Assembly (NCBI GenBank): GCA_965240325.2
Contig: OZ251224.1
Span: 3,286,001-3,350,000, forward strand
DNA from: Rebecca billardiae RCC1528
Lineage: Eukaryota; Protista; Haptophyta
Direction of reading: 5' to 3'
DNA length: 64,000 nucleotides
The number at the start of each line of letters is the position of its first letter. The stretch's first letter is position 1. Below, piece by piece: positions 10,200 through 21,758 of this stretch. The position numbers and the translations under genes are program-made. The notes beneath the pieces were generated by a model that was not told the origin of the DNA, searched no databases, and was given only the letters and a program-made list of their open reading frames with translations.

Positions 10200-11696
10200 G
10201 TGTTTTCGCCCGATTCGCGATTGCTGCCCTCGTCGTCTCGCGTGCAGGTCGAACGGGGGCTAAATCGACGCGTTGGAGCGGTACGCTCGGCGCGTCGACA
10301 CGATCGTGCGACCTGGGGCGATCCTCGCCCGACGTGCACGTCGAGCGCTCGCACGGGCCATAGCATCATGCGCTGCGCAAGACAACCACCTCGCACGATC
10401 CACCGTCGCGCGTCGGGCTCGGTGCGGAAACGCATTCATCACGAGGCGTCTCGCGGGCGGGAAGCGCCATCGCACGCGACGCAAGCTTTGGCGCGGCCTT
10501 CTGAACACCATAACCGGAATGCACACACCGGACTGTCGTCGCGTGACCCGGTTGGCAAGGTCGGGCGCATGCAAATCCGTTTGCTACGGTCGGTGGTGTT
10601 CCAGAGCGAGCGATCATCTTTCATCTTTCACGCTCGCGAGCTCGCGGCCAAGGATCGCTTGGCGCTCGAGGACCCACGTCCGGCCTGCATGGCGTCGACG
10701 GTGGCCAATGCGACGGAGGGGCAGCGCGAAGCGGCGTACGACGCGCACCGCACGCACCTGCCGGGTCTGCCGCCGTGGCAGGAACCGCGTCTTCGCGAGT
10801 CGGCGACTGAGGCGACAGCGCGCTATCACCGATCCCAGGGGCGCATTCGCGACGAGCTGAAACGTCGCGCGTGCAAGATCGCCGCACCATCCTTGCCCAT
10901 GGCACGGGCGCTGCGGGACGAGGCCGACGTCGTGAAGCCAGTGGCACATGCGCTGCGCTTCGTGTGCCTGCTCGAGCAGCGCGTGCCCACCGTCGATCGC
11001 GAGTGGCACACGCTCTCGCACTGCGCGCGCGTACACCGCCAACAGCTCCTGATACCGCCGCACGTGCGAGTGCCGGACCTGTCGCGCGGAGCGGCGAGCG
11101 CCGACGAGCGCTTGGACCTGGACGCGCTGTTGCGCAGCGTGGCGGCCGTGCACGACGCCGACGCGACCTTCGCCGAGCCCATCGTGCCCGGAGCGGACAT
11201 TGGCATCCTGGCGACACACGATCTCAGCTGGCGACACGAGGAGATGCTCACGATCTCCTCTGGCGGATTCGTCGGCGGCGAGGCGCTCGACTACGTCATC
11301 GCGGTCGAGATGCGGCACATGCAGCGCGTACGCGAGCTCGCGCGAAGCCACGGGCTGCCCGTCCCGCCCCGCGTGCTGCACGTTCCCTCGTGGGTGTGGA
11401 CCTTGCTCATGGGCGCGGGCGTGTACGCGTGGGAGAAGGTGGCCGACATCTTTGCGCTCTTCGACCTGAACGAGTACGACGTGCTCTCCTTCATCATCAA
11501 CCAGGACGCCAACCACTGGGCGCAGGGGGTCGTCGACTTGCGGCGCGAGATCATCGAGTACCGCGAGCCCCTGGGCGGAGGCGACATGATCGGCTTCGTT
11601 TCGAACGTGCAGCTGCTGCTCGCCGACGCGCAAGAGACAGAGAGACAGAAATCGGTAGGATGCACTGAACATCACACTCCGGCCGCCACAACTTGA
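10200..11696 (+). CDS. Ulp1/SENP-like (C48) cysteine protease domain ORF, probably TE-borne and truncated
   Basis: FVGGEALDYVI...VLSFIINQDANHWAQGVVDLRREIIEYREPLG resembles Ulp1 'LNDEVINFY...PIN.G.HW.L.V.D....I.YYDSL'. The catalytic Q..DCG segment is absent before the stop. Start uncertain. Confidence 0.55.
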   Translation: MFSPDSRLLPSSSRVQVERGLNRRVGAVRSARRHDRATWGDPRPTCTSSARTGHSIMRCARQPPRTIHRRASGSVRKRIHHEASRGREAPSHATQALARPSEHHNRNAHTGLSSRDPVGKVGRMQIRLLRSVVFQSERSSFIFHARELAAKDRLALEDPRPACMASTVANATEGQREAAYDAHRTHLPGLPPWQEPRLRESATEATARYHRSQGRIRDELKRRACKIAAPSLPMARALRDEADVVKPVAHALRFVCLLEQRVPTVDREWHTLSHCARVHRQQLLIPPHVRVPDLSRGAASADERLDLDALLRSVAAVHDADATFAEPIVPGADIGILATHDLSWRHEEMLTISSGGFVGGEALDYVIAVEMRHMQRVRELARSHGLPVPPRVLHVPSWVWTLLMGAGVYAWEKVADIFALFDLNEYDVLSFIINQDANHWAQGVVDLRREIIEYREPLGGGDMIGFVSNVQLLLADAQETERQKSVGCTEHHTPAATT

Positions 11697-12319
11697 ACTG
11701 TTTTCGTGTTTAGCTCCAAGGACAAACCGTCACCGTCAGGCGCACACGGGCACGCCGCCGTCGCACGCCAATCAGTTGGCAGTGCGTGCGCGCAGTCGCC
11801 AAGGCTCGGCACGATGACGAGTAGCATCACAGTGGGTGCAGGAATACACGCGCAATCACACTGTCGCTGAGCTCGCACCAGAGTCATCTGTCGCGTTATT
11901 ATTCGTCAGTGAGTCGGGTAGCTCACAATCATCTCGGTATGATGTCGCATTGTTATTCGTAGTCATCCTGCCCGTCAAACCGCTATAAATAAAAGGCGCG
12001 AACCCGCTGGGGAAATATTGCGACAGCACTGGCACGGCCCGCCGACCCCCCCGCCCGCCAGGGCTGAGTTTTAAAATTGTTTAAAGCTGTGTTCACCAGA
12101 ATAATACTCTCAACTCGCTGCGCTCGCAGGCACGAGGGACAGCGGCCGCTACAGGTGGATACGGGTGATCTGGACAGTGGCCGACCCAACTCACGCGGAG
12201 GCCTCCCTGGGAGCATTGGGGTCGAAGGGGCGCCAGGGACGGACTTCAGGGGGTCCCTGGAGTTCCGCCGCAGCGCGCTTTCTGCGCTGCGGGCCCGTCT
12301 CCGCGCGTGGCGGCCGCAA

Positions 12320-13800
12320 TGGCACTGTCCAATTAGCCCCTGGCACTGGCTGAGGCATGGGAATCGAGCTCAGAGACGCGCGCGCGGAGGAAAAGCGTGT
12401 GCAGCGGCTCGGACGGTTGCTCTGGGACCTACCCACGCCAGCGCAACCGCGCCTTGCCTCGGAGTCCGCCCTTCCTGAGTCCGCGCACGCGCCTTGCGGC
12501 TTGAAACGCTGGCGTTCGCCCTTGTGCGCGGGACTCACGAAACAAGGCGAAGGCGGCGAGAAGCGCGACCTGGCGCGTGCGCAGACGACGTCTCACGACC
12601 AGGTGAGTTCAGCGAACATCGTGCGCCGTCGTGGCGACCCGCCAGTGGGCGCTCGTGCTCGTTCGCCCACGAGCCCTCGCCACGAGGCCCGCCGCCCGCT
12701 GAGTGTCCAGATAGCCCCTGTGTCCAGTTAGCCCGTATCCACCTGTACGGACTATGGAGCGCTCGTTGGAACTTGACGCCGGTTTGGCGCCCGCGCGGCG
12801 AGGGCGACGACGGGCGTACACGGGGCCCGCGGCGGCGGGAAGCGCGCGGGCGCGGCCGAGAACGGCACGGTCCGGACGCCTCTCGCCAGCCGCGGACGCG
12901 CACCGCGCCTCCTCCTCGCACGCTGCTAACTTGATCCGGGTTAAACGGTGGTTTTGCTGCCGACCAGCTCAAGTTCCACGGCTGGTCAAGGTTCGGCTTG
13001 CGACCTCGCCGCTGGTGCTACTGTAGCAAGAAGGTACACGAGTTTGTCGAACTCCCACGCACCCGCTCTGCGCTCGTCGACGCCCTCTGAAGGTGACTTG
13101 GGGTGCATGCGGGGCAGTGGAATGCAGTGGTTCGGCGTTGCCTCTCAGTCGTCCAGCGCGCAGGCCATGTGGCGCGGGTGTGGTGCGCGCATGGCCCGGT
13201 GATTCGGTCGCGGCATGTCTGTCTGGGCTGCCCAAGGCCTGCCGCACCGCGAAGCGAGCGCTCAGGAGCGTGTGCCGACCGTGCCAGCCCCGCCGAGATG
13301 GGGCACTTCGCTGGGAAATGCGGTGTCAAGTTCCAAGCCCCGCCAAGTTCCAACGAGCGCTCCATACCCCATGCCGCTCCGAATTCCTTTCTTGGCGCGA
13401 CGCCACGTGGCGTCGCGCGCGCATGTGATGGCACGGCATACCCCGCAGCGGCCCGAGCCCCGAGTCGAGCCCGTCGGCCGGCGTCGCGCGCTGGGCGCGC
13501 GCGCTTGCCGACGCGAGCTGTGTCCGCGAGACCGCGGTCTGGGCCGTGCTTTTGTGCAGCGCCGCGCGTGTGCGTGCTGCTTCAAGGCGCGGAGGAGGCG
13601 AGGAAGAGGAAGGCGCGCGGCGTAGAGAGGGGCACCGTACGGCTCTGCGACGGCTCAAGCCCCGCGCCGCCTCCGCAGCCCGACCCGACGGCCGCAGTAG
13701 CGCACGGCGCGAGCGGCCCGGCCGGCGCCGTGGCCCGGCGCCGGGCGGGCGAGTGCCGCTGGCGAGCGGCGACCTTGAGATGAGTGAGCAGCCTCTGCCG
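12320..13800. mobile_element. Degenerate DNA-transposon remnant related to foldback family A
   Basis: Inverted motif tatggagcgctcgttggaacttg (12753-12775 vs 13343-13366), repeated TGTCCARWTAGCCC, and 13565-13620 similar to the family A TIR interior (gcgtgctgctycaaggcg...ggaggcga). Confidence 0.45.
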
Positions 13801-13857
13801 CGCCTAACTACTCCGCAAATCCGCGCGACGCCGGCTGACGCATACCGCGAGTCGTAA

Positions 13858-14137
13858 TATATTTAACGACGTGGTATGCAACCGGCAAGCGTCAGGCTCA
13901 GAGTGCAGCAGACACAGAATGCGTCCGCGCCTTCCGTCCAGGTCAGACAGTGCGCCACCCGCAGCCCTGCCCCCCTACGGGAGCGGGGCCGGGATGGAGC
14001 ACCGCCTCGGCCTGGGGCGCGCGGTGGCGACGGCAGATGCCGCCGCGGCCGAGCGCCTTCCGGAGCACTTGGGTGAGGGTGAGGTCGTAGTCGATGTCGC
14101 CGCCCGCCGACCTAGCGGCTGTAAGCAGCTCCGCGGC
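13858..14137 (-). mobile_element. 5'-truncated 3' end of a LINE/SINE-like retroelement (subfamily 1)
   Basis: About 225 bp near-identical to 44413-44641 and similar to 63165-63310. Copies share one fixed end (...cacgtcgttaaata on minus) and have variable other ends. Confidence 0.65.
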
Positions 14138-14269
<132 letters not shown>

Positions 14270-14493
14270 ACTGATGATGCACAATATCGCCGTGAGTGGC
14301 GCTACTGCTAATCAGTAATCTGCTTTGCGGCCACGGTGCAGAGTCGCCGCTGAGTCGGTCGCCCCCCGAGCTGCTTATTATTCAGCAGACGGATATATCT
14401 ACTGGGTACGGTCCAAGCAGCGCGCGCCTTCAAGACTCGTGCTTGGCCACGCGTGTCCCACCGAAGGTCCCCGCCTAATCGCCCAGCACATCG

Positions 14494-17400
14494 TCACGCG
14501 CTCAGCTGATGCGCCTCGTCCTCCTCCTCCTCGCCGCCACCCGGCTCAACACGCAGTCGTGGTACCGCGGGGCGCGCAGGTGACGATGGACGCCAGTCCT
14601 GTGCTCGCGCGTGCGACACGGACCGCGGTCCCACCGGGTCGCGCATCGAGCGCAGACCGGCACGCCTGCTGGGGCTTGCGCTCGGCGCGCTCGTCAGGTG
14701 GAGAGCCTGGGAGCTCTGGCTGCGCGCGCGCGCGGACTGCGAGTGCTCCGCATCAGAGCTGCCAACCACCGCGTCGGCGATGCGCGCCGTCGCGCCCTCC
14801 AGTGCCGCGAGTCGCCTCGTGATGCGCATCCGCCACCGGTCGTCCGCATCGGCGTCCACAATGCGCTCGAGCATGAAGTCAAGCGCTGCCTCGATCATCT
14901 GCTCACGCCACTCGGCCGAGCCCGCCGCGTGACGGCCGTGACGGCCGATCGCGCGCGACCCGCCGCCCGTCACCCCACGCGGGCCCTCCGTGCCCGCGCC
15001 AACAGCCACTGCGCGGGCGGTGGCAGTGTCACTCTCGCTCGGCGCGCGCGCGGAGGACAGCGCGTCCTCAGACGCGCGAGCGCTCTCGCGCAAGTCGTGC
15101 TTGGGTGCCCCGCTTCCGCCTCGGTCGCCCGCGTCGGCGTCGGCGTCCGTGTTCTCGCGTGCGCCCATGCCCGAGCGTGCTCCGCTCTCGTCGCGCGCGG
15201 CGGCTCGGCTGCCGCCGCCCTTGCGCGCCAGCGCGAGCAGCCGCGACGCTGAGCTGTGGGACTCCGTGTGTGCGGGGTTGTGACGGGCGCTGCCGCTGCG
15301 GCCGTGGGCGCGCGCGCGGCGCTGCCGCCGCCGCCGCCGCCAGCGCAGGAGCGCGAGCACCGCGCGACTCGGGATGCCAAGCAGGTTGAGCGGCGGCGGC
15401 GCGGGCGGCAGCCGCGCCGCCGCCTGGATCAGCTTCGCCTGCACGAACTTGGCGTGCACGTCGAGCTGGTCGTGGATCGTGTCGAAGGTCTTGGACATCG
15501 TCGCGATCACCACGTTGAGGAGCAGCACGATCATCACGAGGGCGAAGACCATCATCACCGTCCACGCGAGCCAGCCCACGTGCGACTGGCGCAGGCAGTC
15601 GTACCGCGCGTCCGCGCCGCCGAACGTCACCTCCATCAGCACGACGAACGCCAGGCCGAGCGAGCCGCCAAACTCCGCGTGCAGCTCCGCCTGCGCATCC
15701 GGGTCGCCGGCGGTTGAGCAGCCCGCGCCGTCCGCGCCGAGCGTCGCCTCCTTCAGAAGCACGTGGAGCGCCGCGCCGAAGGCGGCCAGCAGCGGCAGCA
15801 TGAGGCACACGATGCGTGCAACGTCCTGGAGCATTCGGAACACCTGCGCGCGCGCGGGACACCGGGGGCGGCGGCGCGCGCCTCCCGCGGCGTGAGCGGT
15901 GCGTGGCGCGCGGCGCCGCGCACCGCGCACTGCTCACGCGAGGGGTTGGGAGAGCTGGTGGCGGATTAAAGTCGCCTCCGAACGGCGCGCGCCGCGCGCT
16001 GCGCGGCGCGGCGCGCGCCGCGGGCGATGCGCGCGGCGCGCGCGCTCGCCATGAGCAGGAAGGGCCCGAGCGCCGACGAGAGGTAGAGCACGCGCATCTG
16101 CCGGATGACGAGGCCGAGCAGTGCGACGGCCATGAGCTGCGTCGCGAGCGGCGCCTCGGTCGCGTCGAGCTCCGGCTCGGCGCGCGCGCCCGCCGAGTAG
16201 GCCGCGCCGCGCGCGATTCGCATCGCCAGCGCGACCGCACACAGCACCAGGCCACCCATCTCGAACCCGTTGAAGTCGTCGGCGAGCCACGCGCCCGCGC
16301 CGCCGCGCAGCAGCTCCTCCAGCTCGACGACCAGCGCGCCGATCGCGTTGAGCAGCGCGAGCCACTCCACCGCCAGCTGCCGGTCGTCCGCCAGCGCCTC
16401 GAGACTCAGCGAGTGGTCGCCTTCGCCCGCGCCCTCGCCCCGCCTCTGCTCCGTAACCTCGCGAGCGCCCGCGCGCGACGCGTCGGCGGCCGGCCGGATG
16501 GGGCGCAGCGAGACGCACGCCGCGACGAGCGCCGCGCCCATCAGCCAGTGCCCGAGGAGCTTCACGATCGGCGAGTCGAGCAGCACCGCCGACGCGCCGT
16601 ACGAGAAGGTGCGCGTGCCGCGCCCCGCGCGCTGCTTGAGCACGCCCGCTCGGAACGTGATCACGAGCCGAGCGGACAGAGTCCGGATCAAGTCCGGGAA
16701 GAAGACGATGGGGAGGGCGATGAGCGGCTGGAGGGCGAGGACGAGGGCGGGCGAGGCGAGGAGGAGGAGCCACGCCTTGCGCGGCGACGTGTACTCGCGC
16801 AGCATGAAGACCATCCTCCGCAGCTCCAGCGCCGCCTGCAGCGCGCTCCCGCCAAGCGCTCGCGCGTGCGCCGCCTGCACCGGAGGATACGACAAGATCA
16901 GCGTGCACCCGCCCTGCGCCGCGCGCTCGAGCAGCGGCCGCTGAGACTCCCAGCCCTCGCGCGCGGCGGCGCCGTCTCCGCCGCCGCCGCTCCCGCCGCC
17001 GCCGCCGCCGCCAGCCGCGGCCGCGCGCCCGCGGCCGCCGCCCGCCGGCGCGGGCGCGGCGAAGGCCAGCTCGGCCGAGCAAATGGCGAGCTCGAGCAGC
17101 CGCGCCGCGTGCCTGCAGCCGTCCTCCGCCGCCTGGCCGGCCTGCTCGCGCAGCCGCGGCGCGAGGGCGGCGCACGCGATCGAGCTCTCCAGCGCGAGGT
17201 GCGCGCCGCCCGTGTGCGCCACGCTGAACGCCACCACCAGCGCCGCCGTCTCCAGCTGCTCATCGCCGTCCAGAGCGCAGATCCACTGCGCGACGTCGGC
17301 GCCCGCGCCGCGCACGGCGCTGTCGCCTCGCGTGTCCAGCACGCTCGAGCGCAGGGCCGAGGCGCCGCGCAGCCCGCGCATCGCGAGGCTGGTCGGAAGC

Positions 17401-19304
17401 ATCGCGCCGAGCGCCGAGAGCGCCGGGCCTCCGCCGCCGAGCAGCGCGCCCGACCCATCGCCGCCGCCGCCGCCGCCGCCGCCGGCGGCGGCCGCGCGCG
17501 TCGCCGCGCGCAGCACGCGCGCGCGGTGCGTGTCCGCGTCGAAAGCGTCGGTATCTGACGTGAGCAGCATTCTGCATCTGGGCGCGATCTCGAGGATGAG
17601 CAGCGCGCCGCGCACGACGCGGGCGAAGCTCGGCCGGTTGCCCGCGAGCGTCAGCCGCTTGAGCGCGCCGTTCTCGCGCAGCGCCAGCGCGAACTCCGCA
17701 CCGGACTTTGCGGAGAGCCGGTTGTGGTCGAGGTGGAGCTCGGTAAGCGTGTCGTTGGCGCGGAGCGCGCTCGCGATCGCCACGCCCGACGCGTCGGCGA
17801 GCTGCGCGCTGGCGAGGTACAGCGTGTGCAGCGAGCGGTTGGCGGCGAGCGCGCCCCCGAGCGCCACGCCCGCCCGGTCGGAGAGCAGCGTCGCCGAGAG
17901 CCCGAGCGTCTGCAGCGAGTCGCGCTCGAGCGCGCACGCCGCGAGCGCCTCGGCCGTCAAGTCTGTGAGCGCGTGATTGGACGAGAGGTAGAGCACCGCG
18001 AGCGTGCCCGACGCGCGCGCGGCGGCGGCGAGCGCCTCGCCGCCGAGGTCGGTGAGCTCGTTCCCGTCGAGCCCAAGCGACGCGAGCACCACCGCGCCGC
18101 GCTCGATCGCGTCGGCGAAGCGCTCGGCGCTCACATCTGTGAGGTCGTTCGAGTTGAGTCGCAGCTCGCGCAGCGCGCTGCGCGGCGCGCCCGCGAGCGC
18201 GTCGGCGAGCGCGACGCCCGTCTGGTCGGTGAGGCTGTTCGTGCTGAGGCCGAGCGCGGTGAGCCGCTCGTTCCGCGCGAGCGACGCCGCGAGCGCCCGG
18301 CCGGACACGTCGGTCAGCCGGTTCGATGAGAGCCGGATCTCGCGCAGCGCGCGGCTCGCCTCGAGCGCGCCCGCGAGCGCCAGCCCGGCGCTGTCGGTCA
18401 GCACGTTGTTCGAGAGGTAGATCACCTCGAGGGTGTGGCTGCGTGCGATGGCGTGCGCGAGGGCCTGCCCGGCGCCGTCGCCGAGCTGGTTGCCCCCGAG
18501 GAACAGCATCCGCAGCCCGCACGACGGCATCGCCAGCAGCTCGGCGAACGCCACCCCCACCGAGTCTGGAAGGCCGCAGTCGTTCAGCCGGAGCTCGCGC
18601 ACGCTCGCGTTCTCGCGGAGAGCGCGCGCGAGCGCGAGGCCGCCGGACTCGCGCATCGGGTTCACGGAGAGGCCGAGCGAGGTGAGCGTGCGGTTGTGCG
18701 CACGCAGCATGCTCCCCATCGCCACGCCCACGCTGTCGAAGCTGCGCGTGCTGCCGGTCGCGCCGCTGATGCGCAGCTCAGCGAGCGTCGTGTTGCGCAC
18801 GAGCGCGTCGGCGATGGCCTTGCCCGAGCGCTCGGTGAAGACGTTGCCGCTGAGCCACAGCGAGCGCAGCGTCGCGTTTCGACCCTCGAGCGCGCGCGCG
18901 ATCGCCTGCCCCGTCCCGTCAGACAGCTTGTTCGCCACGACAGACAGCTTCTCGACAGAGGGGTTCGCTTCGAGAGCTTCGCCCAGCCGTCGGCCCGAGC
19001 GGTCGGTGAGCTCGTTGTTGTCGAGGATGAGCGAGCGGAGCACGCGTGTCCTGCGCACGAGCTCGGCGAGAACCAACCCATGCGAGTCGGTCAGCCGGCG
19101 ATTGTCGAGCTCGAGCTCAGGCGCGTCGAGCAGCTCACGCACGTCCATGCGAAGCCTGGCGGCGAGCTCGTGCGCGTGGGGCAGATCATCCTCGCGGAGC
19201 GCCTCCTGCGAATGCATGCGCCCGGCTGGCGCGCGTGGGCCACCTCTGATCGCGGCGGCGACGGCCACGTCATCCAGTGCAACTGCGCGCTCCGCCGCCG
19301 CCAT
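14494..19304 (-). CDS. Ribonuclease-inhibitor-type LRR protein fused to a TRP-like cation channel; exons 19304-16051 and 15843-14494
   Basis: Many 28-29-aa LxxLxLxxNxL repeats, then TM helices. A GC-AG intron (16050-15844) yields the S4-S5 linker GPFLLM|VFRMLQDV, followed by S6 LLLNVVIATMSKTF, TRP-box-like AKFVQAKLI and PPPLNLL. Confidence 0.8.
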
Positions 19305-19350
19305 CGTCCGAGCATAGCAGCAGCTTCGTCCATTGGAAGGTTTTCGCAGC

Positions 19351-20488
19351 CAAGGGCGGTTCCTAAGGGCTGTCAACTCCCAGTGGCGGCGGTGGCAGAG
19401 GTTGGTCGCCGCTTCGCTGCTGCGCGGCCTCGCTCCAGCGACTACTGTAACTCTCGTGGGCGCCCGCCCTGGGGGGCGAGTGGGGCGCGCACGGCGCGAG
19501 CTCCTGTGGCCGTGTACGCGCGCGCGGAGGCGGCGCGCGTGGCTGGGCAGGTGCTAAGGAGTGTATGTCGCCCTCCCACGCCGCGCGCCTTGCTCGCCGC
19601 CGCTTTCGCCGCGCCTCAGGCCAGCGCGCACGCGTGCGCCGCCTCCAGAGCCAGCCTCGGGCAATCGGCAGCCGCCCGCGCATGTGTGATGCGCGGTCTG
19701 GTCGGCGCGAGTCGGTCGGGGCCATCGGGCGAGGCTCGCATACTATAGACGCGCGCCATGCTGCCTCGCGCCGCCGCGCGTGGGTTGTCATGGGTCGACA
19801 CGCAAGCATCTTAGGTCTGACACGAACTGCAGCACGAATGCGAAAATGCTCATGTTTGGACGCTCATGGAGACGCTGGAGAGCACAATAGACGCGCGCAG
19901 GCGATGAAGAGCGGGGCAATGCACTCATAGGACGCCGTACACGCGCCCAATGCGGCCGCCTATCACGCGCATGTGCGCTCACTGTCACGTATTCGAGCTC
20001 ATTTCTGCTTGTCGTGCATTCATCGATCAGCTTCCTTCAACAGCTTCACGGGATGGGACCGGGCCCATGCGCGGCGGCGCGAGGCAGCATGGCGCGCGTC
20101 TATAGTATGCGAGCCTCGCCCGATGGCCCCGACCGACTCGCGCCGACCACACCGCGCACCACACATGCGCGGGCGGCTGCCGATTGCCCGAGGCTGGCTC
20201 TGGAGGCGGCGCACGCGTGCGCGCTGGCCTGAGGCGCGGCGAAAGCGGCGGCGAGCAAGGCGCGCGGCGTGGGAGGGCGACATACACTCCTTAGCACCTG
20301 CCCAGCCACGCGCGCCGCCTCCGCGCGCGCGTACACGGCCACAGGAGCTCGCGCCGTGCGCGCCCCACTCGCCCCCCAGGGCGGGCGCCCACGAGAGTTA
20401 GTCGCTGGAGCGAGGCCGCGCAGCGACGAAGCGGCGACCAACCTCTGCCACCGCCGCCACTGGGAGTTGACAGCCCTTACCGCCCTTG
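19351..20488. mobile_element. Non-autonomous foldback DNA transposon, family B (P/Galileo-like)
   Basis: About 425-bp TIRs (CAAGGGCGGT...ACCGCCCTTG), about 290-bp spacer, 7-bp TSD TCGCAGC at 19344-19350 and 20489-20495. Confidence 0.92.
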
Positions 20489-20554
20489 TCGCAGCGGTCG
20501 CTCATCGGGCGGAGCTTTCAGCGTGCTTGCGCTCCCGCCTCCCGGCCGAGATCG

Positions 20555-21403
20555 ATGGCCGCACATTTGGAACATAACGGGCGGGCCGGTCCGCCCATGG
20601 TCGGGCGGCCGAGTCCCCCCAAGGTCTTCTCTGTCTGCCCGAACTGCGACAAGGAGGTGCCCACCTCGAACCTACCGGTCCACGCCGCGCACTGCGGCCG
20701 CCACTTCTTCCGCTGCAAGGCGTGCGACGTGCTCCTTCCAGCCCACGAGAAGGAGGCGCATCTCGCCGAGGCAGTGCAGACACCAGCAGCGCTGCTCGCG
20801 TCACTTGGGCGTGGAGACACGAGCGCTGTGAGGCGAGCATTGGCTCACGGCGCGCCTCTCGAGCCGAGCCTGGCCCTCGAGGCGGCGGGGAGTGGAGACG
20901 CGTCACTCGTTGAGTGCGCGATCGCTCGTGATGGTGACGCGGTCGCGCGCTTGCGAGATGCGGCGACGGGCATCACCATGCTCCACCGGGCGGCGCGAAG
21001 TGGGAGCGTCGTGGTCGCGGAGGTGCTCTTGAGCCACGGCGCAGACCCTCTGGCCACGACCACGATGGGAGACTCGCCGCTCCAGGTCTCCCACGGCGAT
21101 GCTATGAAGCTCCTTCTCGTGGCCCATGGCGCGCAGATTGAGCGCTTGCCATTGGGGGCGGTGCGGCGCGCGGAGGATGCCCCGCCGATGCAGCACCAAG
21201 GCGTGCTCACGCAGCCGGCGCTCTTGCGCAGAAGCTCGTCGCACAGGCGAGGACTCGTCGAGAGCATGCGCAGCACGGTGGAGGCAGTCAGGCAGGATGC
21301 TGTCTCACCCCTCGGGCCTCCTGCTCGGAGTCTGACAACTACTCGGACAATGTCAGCGGCTGGACCATTGCCTGGCACGTTGCAGTCTGCTCGACGACGG
21401 TAA
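20555..21403 (+). CDS. TRAF/XAF1-type zinc finger plus ankyrin-repeat protein
   Basis: CPNC-x9-VHAAHC and CKAC-x10-H, then ankyrin motifs (GITMLHRAARSG...VLLSHGADP, GDSPL). Confidence 0.75.
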   Translation: MAAHLEHNGRAGPPMVGRPSPPKVFSVCPNCDKEVPTSNLPVHAAHCGRHFFRCKACDVLLPAHEKEAHLAEAVQTPAALLASLGRGDTSAVRRALAHGAPLEPSLALEAAGSGDASLVECAIARDGDAVARLRDAATGITMLHRAARSGSVVVAEVLLSHGADPLATTTMGDSPLQVSHGDAMKLLLVAHGAQIERLPLGAVRRAEDAPPMQHQGVLTQPALLRRSSSHRRGLVESMRSTVEAVRQDAVSPLGPPARSLTTTRTMSAAGPLPGTLQSARRR

Positions 21404-21758
21404 TGATTCTCACTACAGCAGTCGTCGTCATACTTAGCCGGATCGCGCGCGTGAAACGCGCGGCGGCGTATTTATTATTGCGGGCTGTGCAGTGATCGAC
21501 ATACTACCCGAAGTGTGCACGTTAAAACATAGTAAACTGTAGTAGTACTATACAGCTTTCTCGCCAGCCGAGTCCGGCGAGTGCCGAGTCCCGGCCGGCT
21601 CCCGAGTCCCGGCGCTCCCGCGTCAGTCGCGGCGTCAGCTCCGCACTCCGCAGCTGACGTTCGTATCACGGACGCACGTAAACGTTCGAGCGGCTGACCG
21701 GCCACCGTCAGCCAGCGTTATATTGTTCCGCGTCCAGCGTCGGTTGCGCCGGCGGTCG

